DNA of 32,000 nucleotides from Candidatus Heimdallarchaeota archaeon B3_Heim (GTDB lineage: Archaea > Asgardarchaeota > Heimdallarchaeia > Hodarchaeales > Hodarchaeaceae). The DNA is taken from assembly GCA_003144275.1 (NCBI GenBank), contig NJBF01000027.1, positions 30,001-62,000 on the forward strand. Direction: 5' to 3'. Both the position numbers and the translations under genes were made by a program. Under the pieces are notes generated by a model, which saw only the letters and a list, made by a program, of their open reading frames with translations, was not told the DNA's origin and made no database searches. The stretch's first letter is position 1; each line of letters begins with the position of its first letter. Shown piece by piece: positions 27,905-32,000 of the stretch.

Positions 27905-28414
27905 TTACTCCATCTCTTCTGTTTCTGATATTTTATTCCCATATTTATGCATTTTTAACCAGCGCTCACGTACAATTGGCATGTGTTCACGCCTTACGTC
28001 GCATTTCCCTTTCGAATGGAGATATATTACCACTCCATCCGGATCTCGGATAGTAGTAAACTTATCATCAAAAATTTGCTCTCCACAGGCTATACATGTA
28101 AGGCGTGAAACCATTTTTTCAGTTACAGACGATCTTTGAGGTTGATCTTGATCTTCACGATACTCTACTTCTTCATCGTCCCTGGTTTTACCAATAATAT
28201 CCTGAACTGAATTTCCACCCATATCTATATCTGCGGGAGAAAAAGTAATCATATCATCCTTTCGTTTTTGTAAGGAGAGTTTTCTTTTTGTAGATGTTTT
28301 AACTGAATAAAATGGGCATGAAAGTAGATGACATTCGGTAGCCTTATCCCAGTACGAGCATAGATTGTTATTCCGAAACATACATTCTCTTTTATATTCT
28401 CTAAACGGAATCAT
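27905..28414 (-). CDS. Hypothetical protein with two Cys/His clusters
   Basis: N-terminal C-x7-C-x8-C-x4-C, C-terminal CIAC...H-x4-C, charged linker between. Confidence 0.6.
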   Translation of the reverse strand: MIPFREYKRECMFRNNNLCSYWDKATECHLLSCPFYSVKTSTKRKLSLQKRKDDMITFSPADIDMGGNSVQDIIGKTRDDEEVEYREDQDQPQRSSVTEKMVSRLTCIACGEQIFDDKFTTIRDPDGVVIYLHSKGKCDVRREHMPIVRERWLKMHKYGNKISETEEME

Positions 28415-28609
28415 TGACGGGTTTCCAATCTAAAGGGATTTTTAAGATCAACTAGGGAGATAGGAATGAAGGATAATAACAACTCTTGTTTCCTAAAGAA
28501 TGAAGAATTCTGGATTAAATTATTTGAAATCTGTTTAAGTGATTTTGAATCGAAAAAATTCGTTTTTCAGAAAGGTATACTTAAGGAAATAAACCATGAA
28601 AATCTTTGA

Positions 28610-29650
28610 TTGTTGATTCGGGGGATACAAGAGGAAAGACTGATATTGAACGACATAAAGCGAGTTAGTAGTATGCTCGCCTCATCTAAACTAGCTAAAC
28701 TTCCTTCTGGTCATCCATTACACACCTTCATGCAAGAAAATCGTGCTATTGAAGCATTACTGGAACAATTTAAATTTATATTGAAGCAAATAAAGCAAAA
28801 TCAAGATGAAGCATTAAAACTAGAATTAAGAGCAAAATATAACTTGTTATTAGATATAAAAAAACATTATTTAAGACAAGAAGAACTATTATTTCCTCTT
28901 CTACAAGAGAGGGGAATGCATAAACCTTTATCATTATGGCGGACAAATATTGATAATATCCGTGGACGTTTATTACGAATAGAAGAGCTATTCTCTGCCA
29001 ATTTGATTTTCCCTCAGTCTATTGAAAATAAGATAAAACCTATATTGCAGACTATTCCTTGGATAATTAAGAAAGAAGAGACTGAAATTTTCCCTGCTGC
29101 ACTCGAAAAATTTTCCGAAGATGACTGGTTCCGCATTGCATCATTAAGTGACGGTTTCGGTTATTGTATTATTGTTCCAGATCGAGATTGGCAAAAATCA
29201 TCAATAAGTCCTAAATATAAAGAAATAGAACACTCTCAGATGATTAGCTTCTCTACAGGACGTATGCCTCAAGGATTATTTGAAAGAATAATGGAATATA
29301 TTCCACTACAAATATCTTTTATTGATGCTGAGGATAAATTGGTCTATTTTTCACCTACTAAGGTTCCAATTTTTAGAAGAACACTCGCAAATCTAGGTCG
29401 TGATGTCTACCACTGCCATCCTCCCAAAAGCATTAATCATGTGAACCGTATACTGAAAGATTTCAAGACAAACAAGCGTGATGAGGAAGAATTCTGGATT
29501 AATCATCAAGGAAGATTCATTTACTTTCAATATCATGCTGTACGAGATGAGAAAGGAGCATATTTAGGAACTCTTGAAAGAATCCAAGACGCTACACGAT
29601 TACGTGAGATTCAAGGAGAAAAACGATTATTGAGCAATTTTAAGAAATAG
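28610..29650 (+). CDS. Hemerythrin-like plus PAS domain protein (DUF438-type family)
   Basis: GHPLHTFMQEN, HYLRQEELLFP, KKEETEIFP, GYC; PAS part ISFIDAEDKLVYFS...R....LGRDVYHCHPPKS...G.YLGTLE. Confidence 0.85.
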   Translation: MLIRGIQEERLILNDIKRVSSMLASSKLAKLPSGHPLHTFMQENRAIEALLEQFKFILKQIKQNQDEALKLELRAKYNLLLDIKKHYLRQEELLFPLLQERGMHKPLSLWRTNIDNIRGRLLRIEELFSANLIFPQSIENKIKPILQTIPWIIKKEETEIFPAALEKFSEDDWFRIASLSDGFGYCIIVPDRDWQKSSISPKYKEIEHSQMISFSTGRMPQGLFERIMEYIPLQISFIDAEDKLVYFSPTKVPIFRRTLANLGRDVYHCHPPKSINHVNRILKDFKTNKRDEEEFWINHQGRFIYFQYHAVRDEKGAYLGTLERIQDATRLREIQGEKRLLSNFKK

Positions 29651-29798
29651 TGGCTAGTCCAAATTTCTCATGAAAATAGTTAATCCAAAAAACTCTTAAT
29701 GATTTGATTGAAATTCTCATCATGTAGATTGATACTCTAATGTAGATTTCATTCGAATTTTACACTTTCAGAATGAAAATTCAGACTGAAGTGACTCA

Positions 29799-30254
29799 AT
29801 GTCAGAACCTGATTTATCAGTTGAACTTGAAAGTTTGAAAATTCAAATTACTCCTGGCGCAACTGAAGTATTATTGAATAGCAATGTTCCTCAAGCAATG
29901 CTAGTAAAAGAGATAAAAAAACGGTGGGAGAAGGATACTACTGCGTTAACAGTTAAAGATGCCATTGATTTAATGTTAAACTCTGATAAATACGTACAGT
30001 TGTCACGCAAGCTGCATAAAGAGCTTAAAGAGAAAGTAGAGGAGATTTCTTCGGTTCCAAGAATTCTCAGAAGAACTTATTTTACTCTAAAGCGACTAGA
30101 AGCACCAATTTCTGCAGGTCAAGTTTCACAAATAACACACCGAAAAACTAGTACAGAAAGAGTATATTTGAACAAATTAGCAAAAGCAGGATTGGTAAAA
30201 AAGGTAACGACAAAAAAAAATAAAATTCATTATTCAATCATCAAATTAAAGTAA
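29799..30254 (+). CDS. Winged-helix DNA-binding protein
   Basis: C-terminal ISAGQVSQITHRKTSTERVYLNKLAKAGLVKK...HY wHTH pattern. Confidence 0.7.
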   Translation: MSEPDLSVELESLKIQITPGATEVLLNSNVPQAMLVKEIKKRWEKDTTALTVKDAIDLMLNSDKYVQLSRKLHKELKEKVEEISSVPRILRRTYFTLKRLEAPISAGQVSQITHRKTSTERVYLNKLAKAGLVKKVTTKKNKIHYSIIKLK

Positions 30255-30365
30255 TAAGAAGGAAATCTTGTAGAATCTATAACTACTATAGTTGAATTCA
30301 AGAAAGTAGTTTTTGACTGTTATACACAAATCATAATCCGTACTAATTGTTAAGGTGTAACTATT

Positions 30366-31115
30366 TTGTATAAGGTAGTATTTTTACGTCATGGCGAATC
30401 AATTTGGAATAAAATAAATAAATTTACAGGTTGGACTGATGTAGATTTATCAGAAAAGGGTATTAAAGAAGCAACTACGTCGGGACATGTATTAAGAGAT
30501 GGAGAATATTCTTTCGATGTCGCGTTTACTAGTGTTCTGAAAAGGGCTATTCGAACATTGTGGTTAGCCTTAGATGAAATGGATTTAATGTGGATCCCTG
30601 TTCATCGGTCTTGGAAGTTGAATGAACGCCATTACGGCGCATTACAAGGATTGAATAAGTCAGAAATGGCTGCTAAACACGGTGATCAACAAGTTTTAAT
30701 CTGGAGACGTAGCTATGACATACGACCCCCAGGACTAGAAGAGGATGATGATCGATATCCTGGAAAAGATTTAAAATATCGCGATCTTACAAAAGATGAA
30801 CTCCCCACCTCTGAATGTTTGAAAGATACTGTAGCTCGTGTCCTTCCATATTGGCATGATGTGATTGCACCAACCATAAAAACAGGTAAACTAGTGCTTA
30901 TTGCGGCTCATGGAAATAGTCTACGAGCTCTCGTGAAGTACCTTGATGATGTCCCTAAAGATGAAATCCTCAAATTGAATATTCCTACTGGTATTCCGCT
31001 TGTTTATGAGCTAGATAAAGATTTGGCACCTATTAAAAACTATTATCTTGGTGATCCAGAAATCGTTGCTAAGGCAATGCAAAAAGTAGCAAATCAGGGA
31101 AAATTAAAGAAATAA
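30366..31115 (+). CDS. gpmA: 2,3-bisphosphoglycerate-dependent phosphoglycerate mutase
   Basis: [75 protein letters not shown]; TTG start. Confidence 0.97.
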   Translation: MYKVVFLRHGESIWNKINKFTGWTDVDLSEKGIKEATTSGHVLRDGEYSFDVAFTSVLKRAIRTLWLALDEMDLMWIPVHRSWKLNERHYGALQGLNKSEMAAKHGDQQVLIWRRSYDIRPPGLEEDDDRYPGKDLKYRDLTKDELPTSECLKDTVARVLPYWHDVIAPTIKTGKLVLIAAHGNSLRALVKYLDDVPKDEILKLNIPTGIPLVYELDKDLAPIKNYYLGDPEIVAKAMQKVANQGKLKK

Positions 31116-31136
31116 ATCTACTTTGTGCATGTTAAA

Positions 31137-32000
31137 TCACGAGGATTCTTTCAAAATCCTTCTTGCATCATCCAAATAACGATAGACAGCTTTATTTTTG
31201 GTTGTGGCACTTAAATGCTGTTCTTGGTTTTCAATTGTGTTTAATGCATCAATTGCCTTTGCCTTTTGACGAAATAGCCTATGTTTTTCAGATTCTCGCA
31301 CTATTTCTGCAAAAATTGTGTAAGCATTCTCAAAATCAGATCGGCCCCAGGCCAAATATCCCCGCTGCAGTTTACATTCTAGTTGTAATGCTGGTAATCT
31401 CTTTTCAGAGATTTCACAATCAATTTTTGCTAATCTTTCTTTGGCTTCTATATAAGCTTTTGAATTACCAATCCTAGACATTTCAATTAATAATTCAGTT
31501 AATGCTAGCTCATCAGAATAAGTTATGGCCCCAATTTCCTTGTTTATTTCTATAGCAGTTTTCAAAGCAGTTTGAGCTGCACCGTAATTCATGTCATATT
31601 TCTCAATTTTTGCTAGTAATCTATAAAACTTAACTTTGTCCCAATTGGATTTACATAAATTACGAACGTTTTCTAATTTATTTCTAGCTTCTTCGGATTT
31701 ATCTTGAGAGCAAAGGATATTTACTTCTACTTCCAAGATATTAAGCTCATTAAAAGCTTCATCCTTCTTCCTAACAATGGATCTTACAGTATCAATTGAT
31801 TTAACTGAATCAGAAAGCTTGTTTTGCAAAAAATATATTTCAGCATAGCCCAAATGAACAAATGCTTCTGCGAAACCCTTCTCGCTTTCGCCCTCTTCGG
31901 TTATTAGATTGAGGGCTTTATCCAGCATTGTTTTTGCTTTCTTGAATTTTCCTGAAAGTTTAAAAGTTCTCATAAATTCAAAATATAGTTTAAATAACAT
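31137..32000 (-). CDS. TPR-like helical repeat protein, probably N-terminally truncated by the window edge
   Basis: Repeated A...L.KAL, LGYAEIY, LAKIE...NY.AA...LK.AIEI, GYLAWGRSDFENAY..F patterns; ORF reaches position 32000. Confidence 0.65.
   Translation of the reverse strand: MLFKLYFEFMRTFKLSGKFKKAKTMLDKALNLITEEGESEKGFAEAFVHLGYAEIYFLQNKLSDSVKSIDTVRSIVRKKDEAFNELNILEVEVNILCSQDKSEEARNKLENVRNLCKSNWDKVKFYRLLAKIEKYDMNYGAAQTALKTAIEINKEIGAITYSDELALTELLIEMSRIGNSKAYIEAKERLAKIDCEISEKRLPALQLECKLQRGYLAWGRSDFENAYTIFAEIVRESEKHRLFRQKAKAIDALNTIENQEQHLSATTKNKAVYRYLDDARRILKESS

Noticed and set aside
31980-32000. ATG exactly at the window edge as the start of the TPR protein
   Set aside because: The upstream sequence is not visible, so it is probably an internal Met of a longer gene
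1-32000. Mobile elements, defence systems, tRNA/rRNA genes, CRISPR arrays
   Set aside because: No transposase, integrase or nuclease motifs, terminal inverted repeats, GC-rich RNA-gene stretches or regularly spaced repeats were seen

Overview
Low-GC, gene-dense archaeal DNA, most likely from an Asgard archaeon (inference from two Rab-like small GTPases, a V4R-domain protein, Alba, CarS, TFS, archaeal Cmk and IOR). About 30 CDSs; I saw no rRNA, tRNA, CRISPR array or transposase. Recognisable genes cover ether-lipid synthesis (carS), peptide/amino-acid fermentation (iorAB, ADP-forming acyl-CoA synthetase alpha, crotonase, M20/S9 peptidases, GGT), NAD salvage (pncB-pncA with a phosphatase) and a bacterial-type gpmA. 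Main leads: (1) a highly divergent RtcB-family RNA ligase followed by an unknown gene; (2) a helical-repeat protein whose repeats and C-terminus resemble proteasome Rpn1/Rpn2; (3) a bactofilin-like gene divergent from an ArsR-type regulator, both carrying a similar SHOCT-like helical motif and separated by a nested palindrome; (4) a TFS paralogue with a remodelled catalytic hairpin; (5) a V4R protein near an atypical Rab-like GTPase; (6) a DmrX-like flavoprotein that has lost one Fe-S cluster and has no canonical in-frame start. All family calls are from motif recognition by eye; no database searches were run.
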